Assembly (NCBI GenBank): GCA_038231275.1
Contig: JBBRLQ010000040.1
Span: 1-61,870, forward strand
Origin: Polyangiales bacterium
GTDB lineage: Bacteria > Myxococcota_A > Polyangia > Polyangiales > Polyangiaceae
Reading direction: 5' to 3'
DNA: 61,870 nt
In this document: positions 1 through 10,330 of the stretch, in pieces
How the letters are laid out: the number at the start of each line of letters is the position of its first letter
Position numbering within the stretch: the stretch's first letter is position 1
The notes under the pieces: generated by a model
Told to the model about the DNA's origin: nothing
The model's input: only the letters and a program-made list of their open reading frames with translations
Databases searched by the model: none
Translations under genes and position numbers: made by a program

Positions 1-743
1 AGGTCTTCGTAACCGGCAAGCCCTTCGCCTCGGGCGGAACTCTCGTCCTCGTCAAAGAGTCCGGGCAGTGCATGGTATTTTGCGTCAGCGATTGTGCCTT
101 GCAGACCGGGTTCTACCTGGAAGGCTCCACGATGACCGTGCAGGGCTTCGGCAACGTCGGCTCGCACTGCGCCGTCATCCTCTCGAAGCTCGGTGTCTCG
201 ACGATCGCCGTCGGCGATCACTCGGGCTACCTCTTCAACCCGGAGGGCTTCAACGCCCACAAGCTCCAGGACTACGTCTCGGAGCACGGGAGCATCGCCG
301 GCTATCCCGGCGGCAAGGCCATCACGCGCGAGGAGTTCTTCGCCACGAAGGCCGACATCTTCGCCCCCAGCGCGCTCGAGAACCAGATCGGCGAGAACGA
401 GGCGCGCGCGCTCAACGTCAAGCTGGTCGTCGAGGGCGCCAACGGCCCGACGAACCCCCTCGGCGAGAAGATCCTCCTCGACCGCAACATCGACATCCTC
501 CCCGACGTCCTCGCCAACTCGGGCGGCGTCACCGTCAGCTACTACGAGTGGGTGCAGAACAAGCGCTCGGAGAGCTGGACGGAGGAGGAGGTCGACGCGC
601 GCCTCGAGAAGGCGATGCAGCGCGCGTACCGCGAGGTCTCCGATTTCGGGCGCGCCAAGAAGTGCGATCTGCGCGTCGCCGCGTACGGCATCGCGCTTCA
701 GCGCATCGAGGCGGTGTACAAGGAGCGGGAGATCTTCCCCTGA
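1..743 (+). CDS. gdhA: Glu/Leu/Phe/Val dehydrogenase (glutamate dehydrogenase), 5'-truncated by window edge
   Basis: Frame is open from base 3. Motifs TGKP..SGG, VQGFGNVG (Rossmann), EGANGPT and PDVLANSGGVTVSYYEWVQN. Confidence 0.93.
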   Translation, partial: VFVTGKPFASGGTLVLVKESGQCMVFCVSDCALQTGFYLEGSTMTVQGFGNVGSHCAVILSKLGVSTIAVGDHSGYLFNPEGFNAHKLQDYVSEHGSIAGYPGGKAITREEFFATKADIFAPSALENQIGENEARALNVKLVVEGANGPTNPLGEKILLDRNIDILPDVLANSGGVTVSYYEWVQNKRSESWTEEEVDARLEKAMQRAYREVSDFGRAKKCDLRVAAYGIALQRIEAVYKEREIFP

Positions 744-764
744 AGCGCTGCTTGACGGGCGTCG

Positions 765-1187
765 TCAGCGCACTTCGCGCGAGGTGATCTTTCGCACCGT
801 TCGCGCGACGCGCCAGCCGTCGTCGTGCTGTGCGATGTCGGTGATGCTGACGATGCCGAGGAGGTGACCCTCTTCGTCGGTGCATACGATTCGGCTCTTG
901 TGACGAGCGCCCATGAGCTGCTCGGCGGCTTGGATCTCGTCGTCGGGGCTGCACCGGACGAGCTCGCGCGTCATCACCTCCGCGATGCGCGACTCCGCCG
1001 ACACGTTCGCTGCGACCAGCCGGATGGCGAGATCGCGATCGGTCAGTGTCCCGATGACGCGGCCGGATTTGTCGCACACCGGCAAAAATCCGATGTTTTC
1101 GTCGCGCATGATCCGGGCGGCGGTCATGGCACTGTCGTCTTCGCAGACCCACTTGACGGGCGTTTGCATGATCTCACGGCAGAGCAT
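765..1187 (-). CDS. CBS-domain pair protein
   Basis: MLCREIMQTP...IGFLPVCD..G.VIGTLTDRD, second repeat ..GHLLGIVSITDI. GAGGAG RBS upstream of the ATG at 1187. Confidence 0.92.
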   Translation of the reverse strand: MLCREIMQTPVKWVCEDDSAMTAARIMRDENIGFLPVCDKSGRVIGTLTDRDLAIRLVAANVSAESRIAEVMTRELVRCSPDDEIQAAEQLMGARHKSRIVCTDEEGHLLGIVSITDIAQHDDGWRVARTVRKITSREVR

Positions 1188-1302
1188 CGCGTCTCCTCGG
1201 TTTGGTGAGCACGAGGTGAGCATCCTCCATGCCACTCGGGGATTTCAGCTCGGCTGTCCTGCCGCGAGCTGCACGTCTTTCGCCGCGACGCGGATTCTGC
1301 AT

Positions 1303-1977
1303 ATGCTCGCGATCGTGCTCTCGAGCTCCCGGGTCCAGACGCTCGTGCTGGTTCGTCACGATCTGTCGACGGCGAACCTCAATCCGCTCGTCTACAAGCA
1401 GCAGCCCGACCATACGATCCCGCTGGCCGATCCGGACTCGTAGCGCCTCGGCCACGCGGGGGCCGCGCTGCGTGCGCTCGGGCTCCCGCCCGCGGGGACG
1501 GTGAGCTGGTGCTCCACCTATGTGCGTTGTCGCCAAACCGAGGCGGCGGTGCTCGGCTTCGCATTCGGCGTGGACGCCGCGCTGGTCCACCGTCGTGAGA
1601 CGTTCCTGGTCCGCGAGCAGGACTTTGGCGACTGGGACGGCCTCACCGACGAAGAAGCGCAAGAACACCTCCCCGCGTCGTGGACCAAGCGCCAGATGCT
1701 GAGCGACAACCTCGGACGCTTCTACTTCCGCTACCCGAACGGCGAGAGCCGGGCCGACGTCGTGACGCGGACGATGACGTTCTTCGGCAAGCTCCACCGC
1801 TCCGACTACGTTAACCACCTCGTCTTTCTGCACGGCGTCTCGCAGCGCGCGTTCCGGATGGCGTGGATGAACCTCCCCGTCGACTGGTTCGAAGAGGAGC
1901 CGAACCCGCCGAACGCGAGCGTGCTCGTCATCCAGCGCGACGGCGACGGCAAGTGGCGAGATCGCTACGTCACGTGA
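1303..1977 (+). pseudogene. Histidine phosphatase (phosphoglycerate mutase family) interrupted by in-frame TAG at 1441-1443
   Basis: LVLVRHD-STAN (RHG-like) precedes the stop. The same frame continues with STYVRCRQT, REQDFGDW, PNGESRADV, FLHG and NAS. Confidence 0.8.
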
Positions 1978-2046
1978 GGCGCGGTCGAATCACACGGCGA
2001 CGCCGATGACTCGGCGACTCCTGCCGAAAAGACGCGTTGCGAAATG

Positions 2047-2787
2047 TTAAGTCGATGTCCGAACGCCGAGCTCGTCGGAGAGCATCGGGTCGGACTCGAT
2101 GCGGCGGCGCAGCGCCTCCTTCGCGAGGCGGACCCGGCTGCGAACCGTGTTGATGGGAACGCCGGACGCGGAGGCGACCTCCTCGAGCGACCATCCCAGC
2201 ACCGCGCGGAGGGCGAGGCACTCGGCCTGCTCTTCGGGCAACGTCTCGAGCAGCTCGCGGAGGAGCTGCGTCCGTCGCGCGCGCGCCGCGTCGTCGTGCG
2301 GGGACGGATCCGTCGTGGCGGGTGGCAGCACGTCGTCGATCGCTACGCCGGTCGTCGCGTGGCGCGCGCGGGCTCGACGACGCGCGGCGACGGCGGCGCG
2401 TGCGGCGATCCGGCACGCGTACCCGGTGGGATCGCACTCACCGCGAAACGCAGGGAGGGCCTGCACGAAACCGAGGAGCGCGAGCTGGACGACGTCGTCG
2501 ACGTCCGCCATCACCGCCCCCATCACCGCGCGCACGACGGCGCCGACCCGCGGCCCGATCATGCGAAGGAGCTCCGCCGTCGCCCGCGTGTCGCCCGCCG
2601 CCGCTTCGCGCGCGAGCACCATCGCCGGGCTCGCGACCCGCTCTTCGAGATCGGCGAGGACACGGGCGCGCGCGTCGTCGTCGGGGCGGGCCTCGGCGCG
2701 CGCGGCGTCCAGGAGCGCCTTAGCGGCAGGGCTCAGCGGACGGACGAGGGGGACCAGGGAGGCGGCAGCGGCGCGGTTCGCGTTCAT
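2047..2787 (-). CDS. ECF-type RNA polymerase sigma-70 factor with N-terminal extension
   Basis: Region 2 (DVDDVVQ..F...LPAFRGEC) and region 4 (LPEEQ..LAL...GWSLEEVA...GVPINTVRSRVRLA). Confidence 0.92.
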   Translation of the reverse strand: MNANRAAAASLVPLVRPLSPAAKALLDAARAEARPDDDARARVLADLEERVASPAMVLAREAAAGDTRATAELLRMIGPRVGAVVRAVMGAVMADVDDVVQLALLGFVQALPAFRGECDPTGYACRIAARAAVAARRRARARHATTGVAIDDVLPPATTDPSPHDDAARARRTQLLRELLETLPEEQAECLALRAVLGWSLEEVASASGVPINTVRSRVRLAKEALRRRIESDPMLSDELGVRTST

Positions 2788-2892
2788 CTCGCTTCATTGG
2801 TTGGCCGCCGCGTCCCTTTTCCGTGCGATTTTCGCTGTTTCGAATTGTTTCGCCGGCGTGCTCATCGCAGCGAGGATGTCATCGGCCCGGCC

Positions 2893-3368
2893 TCAGAACA
2901 AGAACCCGACGCGCAGCAGATCGACGGTCGGAAGCGCGCTCTTTGTGAGCGTGTCGGTCACCGACGTCAACCCTTGGAGCGCAAGGACTTGCGGCGGGAG
3001 CGTGCTCGACACCGACGACGAGAGCGGAATATGCACGCCCACCTCGAATCCGACGGTGAGACCTGGCGCGCTCCCCCAGAGGAAGCCGATGCGCGGGTTG
3101 ATGAAGAGCGTGTCGATGTCGATTTGCTCGGGAAAGGAGAGCCGCGCGACGTTCACCGAGGTGCTGGCGCTCGCGTGCTGCATGCCGCCGCGCACGCCGA
3201 GGAAGAACGCGCCACGAAACGGGAAGACGCGCGCGTCGGCGGCGATCGCCTACATCCGCGCGTCGACGCCAGCGATCGTGAGCTTCGGGAGAACGCTGTA
3301 CTCCGCGCCGATCGCGAAGGTCCGATCGATGCGCACGAGCGCCTCGATCGATGGGTTCGCTTGTGCAT
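2893..3368 (-). pseudogene. Disrupted outer-membrane beta-barrel-like protein
   Basis: Amphipathic strands ending RVGFLF. In-frame TAG at 3250-3252 (DARM*AIAADARVFPFRGAFFLG). The probable ATG at 3368, with a GAGGT RBS, is out of frame with the body and there is no signal peptide. Confidence 0.65.
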
Positions 3369-3491
3369 CGTCACCTCGGCACCTCGTTCGCTCGAACGGG
3401 TCTGGTTGGGAAATCCTGTACGGGGCATCGTGTCTGTGGCGCCGAGACCCGCGAATGATCATGGTCGCGCTCGCGTTTTTTTCTTCGCGCG

Positions 3492-3965
3492 CTAGCGGTG
3501 CCGACCTCCGTGCGGCGGTCGCGGAAGGGCGTCCAAGCATGTTTCGGTGGAGCTGACACAGGCGTCGACGGTTTCGCTCGTCGCGGCGCACTGATCGAGC
3601 GCGTCGAGGCACGCGTCACGCGCGCCGGCCGAAGGAGCGCTGCCGTCCACGTCGTCCGAGTCTCCGTCTCCGCCGTCGTGGTCGCACGCGCCGCCGCCGT
3701 GGTCTCCGTCGCCCGGATGTGCGCAGGCGTGTAGTGCGTGCCGGCACGCGCCGGCATCGCTTCGCACGCACTCGACGTACGTCGTGAGGCAACCGGCGAT
3801 GGCCGCGGCGCCGCCGTCACCCGAGGTCGATGAAGAGAGTGCGGACGCGGACTGGCCGGTGGTCGAGCTCGTGTTCGCGCTGCATCCGACGCTCGCGGCG
3901 AAGAACGCGATCGCGGCGCCGAGGTGTCGAAACGAACGCGGGATGGACGTGTGACGTGAAGGCAT
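3492..3965 (-). CDS. Cys-rich lipoprotein, hypothetical
   Basis: Signal peptide with lipobox SVG-C; two helical Cx6C-spaced repeats. Confidence 0.75.
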   Translation of the reverse strand: MPSRHTSIPRSFRHLGAAIAFFAASVGCSANTSSTTGQSASALSSSTSGDGGAAAIAGCLTTYVECVRSDAGACRHALHACAHPGDGDHGGGACDHDGGDGDSDDVDGSAPSAGARDACLDALDQCAATSETVDACVSSTETCLDALPRPPHGGRHR

Positions 3966-4112
3966 GAAGCTCCTCCTCTTGGGGTGGCGCGCGCGTTCTC
4001 TCGCACGCTCGTGATGTGTATGGACTCTGTGGACGGCAGCGCCGAAAACCGATCACAGCGCCCGCGCCGTCGCGCGAGCCACGTGCGTGAAAAGCCTGTA
4101 GGCTCCCCCGCC

Positions 4113-4931
4113 ATGTCGTACGTCCGCACGCGCCTCGGGCGCTGGTTCTACGAAGAGCGCGGCGCCGCCAAGCGTCCGCGCGATCCGGCGATCCTCCTCA
4201 TGCACGGCTTCTTCTTCGACGGGCGCAGCTGGAAGGGCCAGGTCGAGCCGCTCTCTGCGCTTGGGCGCGTCGTCATCCTCGACGGCCCCGGCCACGGTCG
4301 CAGCGAGGCGCCCCCGCGCTTCTCGCTGGAGGACCACGCCGACGCGCTGCTCGACGTGTACGCGGAGCTGGGCCTCGAGCGCGCCGTGCTCGTGGGCTTG
4401 TCATGGGGCGGCATGGTGGCGATGCGCATGGCGCTCCAGCACCCGGAGAAGGTGCGGGCGATGGCGCTGCTCGACACCAGCGCGGGCGCCGAGCTGCTCC
4501 AAAACCGCGTAAAATACCGCCTCCTCGCCGCGTTCACGCGAAGGTACGGATTTCCGCCGGCGATGGTGGAGACGCAGATGCTCCCGAAGTTTTTCTCACC
4601 GGAGTACCTGCGCGATCACCGCGAGGCCGCGCGCGGGTACATGCGCGTGGGGGCGGGCTTCGACCGGGACGGCGTCTCGCGGGCGGCGCTCGCGGTGCTC
4701 ATCAAGCGGAAGAGCATCGAGCCGTCGCTGGGTCGCGTGCGCGCGCCTACGCTCGTCATCTGCGGGAGCGAGGACGCCGCGACGCCGCTTCATCGCAGCG
4801 AGACAATCGCGCAGGGGATCCCCGGCGCGAAGCTGATCGTCCTGCCGCGCGTCGGACACATGAGCGCGATCGAGCAGCCCGCCGCGGTGAACGAGCACGT
4901 GGTGCCGTTCGTCCAGGCGCAGCTGGAGTAG
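4113..4931 (+). CDS. Alpha/beta hydrolase (enol-lactonase-like)
   Basis: HGF oxyanion motif, DGPGHGRS, GLSWGG nucleophile, GSED acid, VGHMS catalytic His. Confidence 0.92.
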   Translation: MSYVRTRLGRWFYEERGAAKRPRDPAILLMHGFFFDGRSWKGQVEPLSALGRVVILDGPGHGRSEAPPRFSLEDHADALLDVYAELGLERAVLVGLSWGGMVAMRMALQHPEKVRAMALLDTSAGAELLQNRVKYRLLAAFTRRYGFPPAMVETQMLPKFFSPEYLRDHREAARGYMRVGAGFDRDGVSRAALAVLIKRKSIEPSLGRVRAPTLVICGSEDAATPLHRSETIAQGIPGAKLIVLPRVGHMSAIEQPAAVNEHVVPFVQAQLE

Positions 4932-4944
4932 CCCAGAGAGAGCC

Positions 4945-6360
4945 TCAAAAATTGCCGATGGCGCCGATGCCGTAGGCGGGGACGAGGCCGGTGGGCGTGG
5001 CGCTCGAGCCGATGACGCCGCCGGTTGGCGTGAAGGTCCACGCTTGGGACTTCGGTGGCGGCGCGGGCGTGGAGGAGCCGCGGGTCACGAACCACGTGAG
5101 GCCTCCGCCGACGACCGCGCCGGCGAGCGCGCTCGCGATGAAGCCGCGGTTCTGCCCCTCCGACGGATGATCGAAGACGAGCGGGCTCGCCGCGGCGGCG
5201 CCGGCGAGACCGCCGAGCCCAACACCGAGGTCCACGAGCAGCACGCGCGAGGGCGAGGCTTGTACGAAGGTCGCGAGCGCGCCGGCGCCGACCAGGCCGA
5301 TCGCGGCGCCGTATCCCGCGCCGGTGTACGGCGTGCCGTCGACGGTGCCGCGGTAGGCCAGCTCGCCGAGGCTTCCCAAGAACATCCCGATTGCGCCGCC
5401 CGAGTGCGCGAGCAGCGCGTCGCCTTCATCCATCTTCACGCGCGTGAGCGCGAACGTCGCGAGGCCGAGGCCAGCGAGCCCGCCTCCGACGCCCCACGCG
5501 TAGCGATCGGCGAGCGGCTGCACGTGGCGACCGTTGGCGATGAGGATGCCGGCGCCCGCGCTCCACCACGCGCCCGCGGAGAGGAACCACGCGTCGCCGC
5601 TCGAGACGTCCCACTCGTCGGCGACGAGGAGCGCGCTGCCGATGCCGACGCCGGTACCGAGCGCGAGGAGCGGATAGAGAATCCTCGGATCGTCGCTGCC
5701 GCTCGCGTGCTGGACGCTGTACGCGACGTACGCGCCGAAGAGCCCCGCGTTGACGGCAAGCACGGCGCGACCTGGCGAGCGGAGCGGGCTCATGATCCCG
5801 AGATCGGCTGTGCGATCGATCCCCTCACGCGCGACCTCGCTCGCCTCCGCCTGCGCCGCCGCCTGCGGCGAGAGCAGATCGCGCAGCATCACGAGGCCGC
5901 GCACCGGGATGTCCGTCCCCTTCACCGACTCCACGCGCACCAGCAGCTGTCGCCCGTTCGGCGGCACCGCGACGATGCGGACGATGTACTCCTCGCCCGG
6001 CCCACGCTCGATCCGCGCGCTCACGACCCACGTCCCTTGTTTGCCGCCGCGCGGGCCGCCCGTCGTCGCGCGCTCCAAGATGTCGAGATCGCGCATGTGC
6101 CCCGCCGCAGGCCCCGCGTCTGCGACGTCCAGCACGAACCCCAGATCCTGAACGGCGTCCCGAATCGTCGCGTCGAGCTCCTGCGCGCGCGCCGCCAGTT
6201 GCGGCTCTTTCGGCCGATGCAGCGGCGTCGGGCTCGCCTCATCCCCCGCCGGCGTCACCGTCGGCCACACCACAATCGGCCCCGTCGCATCCGCAGCCTC
6301 GACCGTCGACGCCGCGAGCAAACTCGCCCCCGCCGCCAAAATCGCCGCCCAACGCCGCAT
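4945..6360 (-). CDS. Secreted/membrane Gly-rich hypothetical protein
   Basis: N-terminal signal peptide, repeated Gly-zipper hydrophobic segments, C-terminal Phe. Confidence 0.78.
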   Translation of the reverse strand: MRRWAAILAAGASLLAASTVEAADATGPIVVWPTVTPAGDEASPTPLHRPKEPQLAARAQELDATIRDAVQDLGFVLDVADAGPAAGHMRDLDILERATTGGPRGGKQGTWVVSARIERGPGEEYIVRIVAVPPNGRQLLVRVESVKGTDIPVRGLVMLRDLLSPQAAAQAEASEVAREGIDRTADLGIMSPLRSPGRAVLAVNAGLFGAYVAYSVQHASGSDDPRILYPLLALGTGVGIGSALLVADEWDVSSGDAWFLSAGAWWSAGAGILIANGRHVQPLADRYAWGVGGGLAGLGLATFALTRVKMDEGDALLAHSGGAIGMFLGSLGELAYRGTVDGTPYTGAGYGAAIGLVGAGALATFVQASPSRVLLVDLGVGLGGLAGAAAASPLVFDHPSEGQNRGFIASALAGAVVGGGLTWFVTRGSSTPAPPPKSQAWTFTPTGGVIGSSATPTGLVPAYGIGAIGNF

Positions 6361-6396
6361 GCCCGCTCAGCCTACACCCTTCTCTTTCGTCGTGCC

Positions 6397-6470
6397 CCTG
6401 AGCACGACTTCGCCGTCCGGCGATGCGGGGCGGCTCAAAACGCCTGGCGTTTTGAGGGGCCGCAGGCCCA
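6397..6470. repeat. Intergenic palindromic element (REP-like)
   Basis: Perfect 10-bp stem CTCAAAACGC-CTG-GCGTTTTGAG at 6434-6456, plus a smaller CGCCG/CGGCG stem upstream. Confidence 0.45.
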
Positions 6471-6510
6471 ACACAAACGAACGACGGACCCTACCGTCCC
6501 CCGACGACCT

Positions 6511-7986
6511 TCAAAACATGACCACGCCACGCAGCCACAGGTCGACGATCGTCGTGTCGTCGGCGCTGAACCGGTGACCGGGCAAGTCGATGGCGTCGCG
6601 GTGGTTCGGGTTCGGGATGCCCGTCACTTTGCCGCCGAGCGCATTGGCGGAGGTGACCGCCTCGTGGCAGGGACCGGCCGCGCCGGCGTCGCCCCTAAAG
6701 TCGGGGTTGCACGAGTCGGCCGACGTGATGAGGTGCGACTGCGCGTACGTGAGGCCGAGGCCGGCGGAGAACTTCACGTACTCGCCGGCCTGCCACGTCA
6801 CTTCGCCCTGCGCCGTGAAGCGCCCGTAGGCCTGCTGGTCGGTGATGCCGGTGAAGAAGACCTGCTGCGACTGCGGATCGGCGACGCTCTTGCCGCCGCT
6901 GTCGAAGTGGAACGCGCTCGGCGCGCCGGAGCGCAGCGTCGACGCCTGCGACGATCCGAGCGCGTCGAAGAGCTCGCTGTACTCGCGCCCCGGTGACACG
7001 TAGGTGCCCGAAAAGCGGAAGTCGGCGAGGAGGCGCTGGAATTGCTCGCGGTGCTCCCAGGGGATCACCTCGAGCCCCATCATGAACGTGCCCTGCAGCG
7101 GCGGGTGGTTCACGAGCGATCCTTTGAGATCGTTGGTCGCGCCGAAATCGCTGTTTGTCTGCGGGAACTCCGCGAGGAAGCGGAAGCCCGAGTACGGCTC
7201 GACGTAGCCGTAGCGGCGCGAGAAGACCGTCTGCGCGGCGATGCCGTGCATGCCGCGGCTGATGCCGGGATCGCGATCGACGCCGGGGTGCGCGGGATCG
7301 GGGCACTTGATGCCGCCGGGCGCAGCGTCGTTGCACGCATGCAGACGCGAGCCGACCGCGAAGCGCCCCTCGACGCCGACCACCCAGGTCGGCTTCGTGA
7401 AGTCGCGCTGCTGGTTCAGGATCGCGTAGTCGAGGCCGAGCGAGAAGAAGTCCACGCCGCTGCGCGACGGGCTCTTGAACGGAACCGAAAAGAGCTGTCC
7501 GGCGCCGGAGGGATCGGCGAGGCGCTCGGGGTTCTTCGACGAGCCATCGAGGTCGTCGAGCTGGCGTGTGTCGCTCAGGATGAGCGGGATGCGGAGCGCG
7601 AACGCAAGATCGCGAAAAATTCCGATGTCCGCGCCGATGTCGAGGGTCGTCGTCGACTGGCTGTACGACGCCACGTTCTCGGTGCGCGCGACGAAGCCGC
7701 CGGTCGAGAGCCCGGGTTGGAACAGCGAGGTCTCGCGCCGGATGTTGGAGTGCTTCCACGACTGCCGGAAGCCGAGCGACATACTGAAGTCGAACGGATC
7801 GTCTTTGTCGAACGCGTCGATGACGCTCGTGACCTCGCCGGTCTCGCTCATGAGGCGCGGCTCGTTCGCGGTGACGGGCTCGTCGGCGTGGGCAGAGAGC
7901 GGCGCGATGGCCAGCGCCGTACCTACCGCCACCCCCAACATGGAGGACGGCGCGACGGCCCATGCTCGACGATGGACGAAGCGCAT
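6511..7986 (-). CDS. Outer-membrane beta-barrel protein
   Basis: Signal peptide (..AHA/DE), alternating amphipathic strands, C-terminal LRGVVMF. Start codon uncertain. Confidence 0.8.
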   Translation of the reverse strand: MRFVHRRAWAVAPSSMLGVAVGTALAIAPLSAHADEPVTANEPRLMSETGEVTSVIDAFDKDDPFDFSMSLGFRQSWKHSNIRRETSLFQPGLSTGGFVARTENVASYSQSTTTLDIGADIGIFRDLAFALRIPLILSDTRQLDDLDGSSKNPERLADPSGAGQLFSVPFKSPSRSGVDFFSLGLDYAILNQQRDFTKPTWVVGVEGRFAVGSRLHACNDAAPGGIKCPDPAHPGVDRDPGISRGMHGIAAQTVFSRRYGYVEPYSGFRFLAEFPQTNSDFGATNDLKGSLVNHPPLQGTFMMGLEVIPWEHREQFQRLLADFRFSGTYVSPGREYSELFDALGSSQASTLRSGAPSAFHFDSGGKSVADPQSQQVFFTGITDQQAYGRFTAQGEVTWQAGEYVKFSAGLGLTYAQSHLITSADSCNPDFRGDAGAAGPCHEAVTSANALGGKVTGIPNPNHRDAIDLPGHRFSADDTTIVDLWLRGVVMF

Positions 7987-8038
7987 CTCTGCGGACGCTA
8001 ACACATGTTTCGAAGCACGGGCGAGGACCTTGGCGTGG

Positions 8039-8952
8039 TCAGCGCCACCCCTTGTCCGCGCTCTCCGTGGCCGTCACGAGTCGGTGCCCCGCGGGGGCCC
8101 CGAGGCTCGCCGCGCGCAGCCTGGCGACGGCGCACGCGGCACGGGCCACCCGCCGCGCGACCACGTGATTCACCGGTAGCTCCCCGAGCGGGCCGCCGTC
8201 CGATTTCGCGATCTCGAGGGCGAGCCTCGACGCTTCGGCGGCTGCGGCGCGGCACGCGTCGAGTGCTTTTTGAGCACCGTCCTCGCTCTCTCCCGTTTTG
8301 CCGAGCAACGTCGCGGTGGTGCTCGGCGCACCGGCCCCGAGGCGCGTCCAGCCGTCCGCGTCCTGCACAGTGTCCGCGTCGGAGCGGGCGTCGGCCGCGA
8401 TCCATACCCACGCGGCGCCTTGCGGAACGCGCACGGTGACCGGCCCGTCGGCCGTGATTTTCGCGGTCGCCGCCGCGTACCGAACGACGCCCAGCGGCGT
8501 CACGACCCACTGCTCCTGACCAGGCGCTTCGCCCGAGCCCGGCGCGCTCGCGAAGCCGCCACGCAGGAGCCACGCCTCCTCGTCCCACGACGTGCTCGCG
8601 AGGCATGGCTGCACCTTCGCCGGTCCGTCGAACGTCAGCTCGCGCCCGGTCTTGGGGTTCTTCGTCTGGAGCTTGGTGTGCTCCTCGAGCGCCGCCCACA
8701 CGCCGGGCAACGGAGTGCTCCCGATCCCGAGCGTGGTCGTCGCCGCGTCGGGCGCCACGGCGTACGCGTGCCCCGTCGCGCCCAGGACACGGCAAGGCAC
8801 CGCGGCCGTCGGAGTCGGAGTCGGCGTCGGAGTCGGCGTCGGCGTCGGCGTCGGAGTCGGCGTCGGAGTCGGCGTCGGAGTCGGAGTCGGAGTCGGAGTC
8901 GCGCGCTCCGTGCATGCGGCGAGCAGCAAGAGCGCGACGCACGCGCGCCGGA

Positions 8953-8956
<4 letters not shown>
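8039..8956 (-). CDS. Lipoprotein with (PT)n linker and beta-rich (possibly FecR-like) domain
   Basis: Lipobox LAA-C. Its ATG overlaps the stop of the upstream phosphatase (ATGA). Confidence 0.78.
8808..8900. repeat. Hexanucleotide tandem repeat (GTCGGA/GTCGGC) x ~15 encoding Pro-Thr linker
   Basis: Directly visible tandem array. Confidence 0.95.
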
Positions 8957-10281
<1,325 letters not shown>

Positions 10282-10330
10282 CGCCTGGTGCGCGATGATG
10301 CCACGGGAGACGCCCCGAAAGCGCGAATTT

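Noticed and set aside
1441..3252. Amber recoding (pyrrolysine or alternative code) suggested by two in-frame TAGs
   Set aside because: TAG is the normal stop of many intact genes here (uvrB, cvfB, thiolase, oxygenase). The two sites seem to need different residues, and both lie near the error-prone window start.
8808..8900. Tandem repeats as a CRISPR array (also 19441-19500, 48461-48560)
   Set aside because: They are in-frame coding linkers with no unique spacers and no cas genes.
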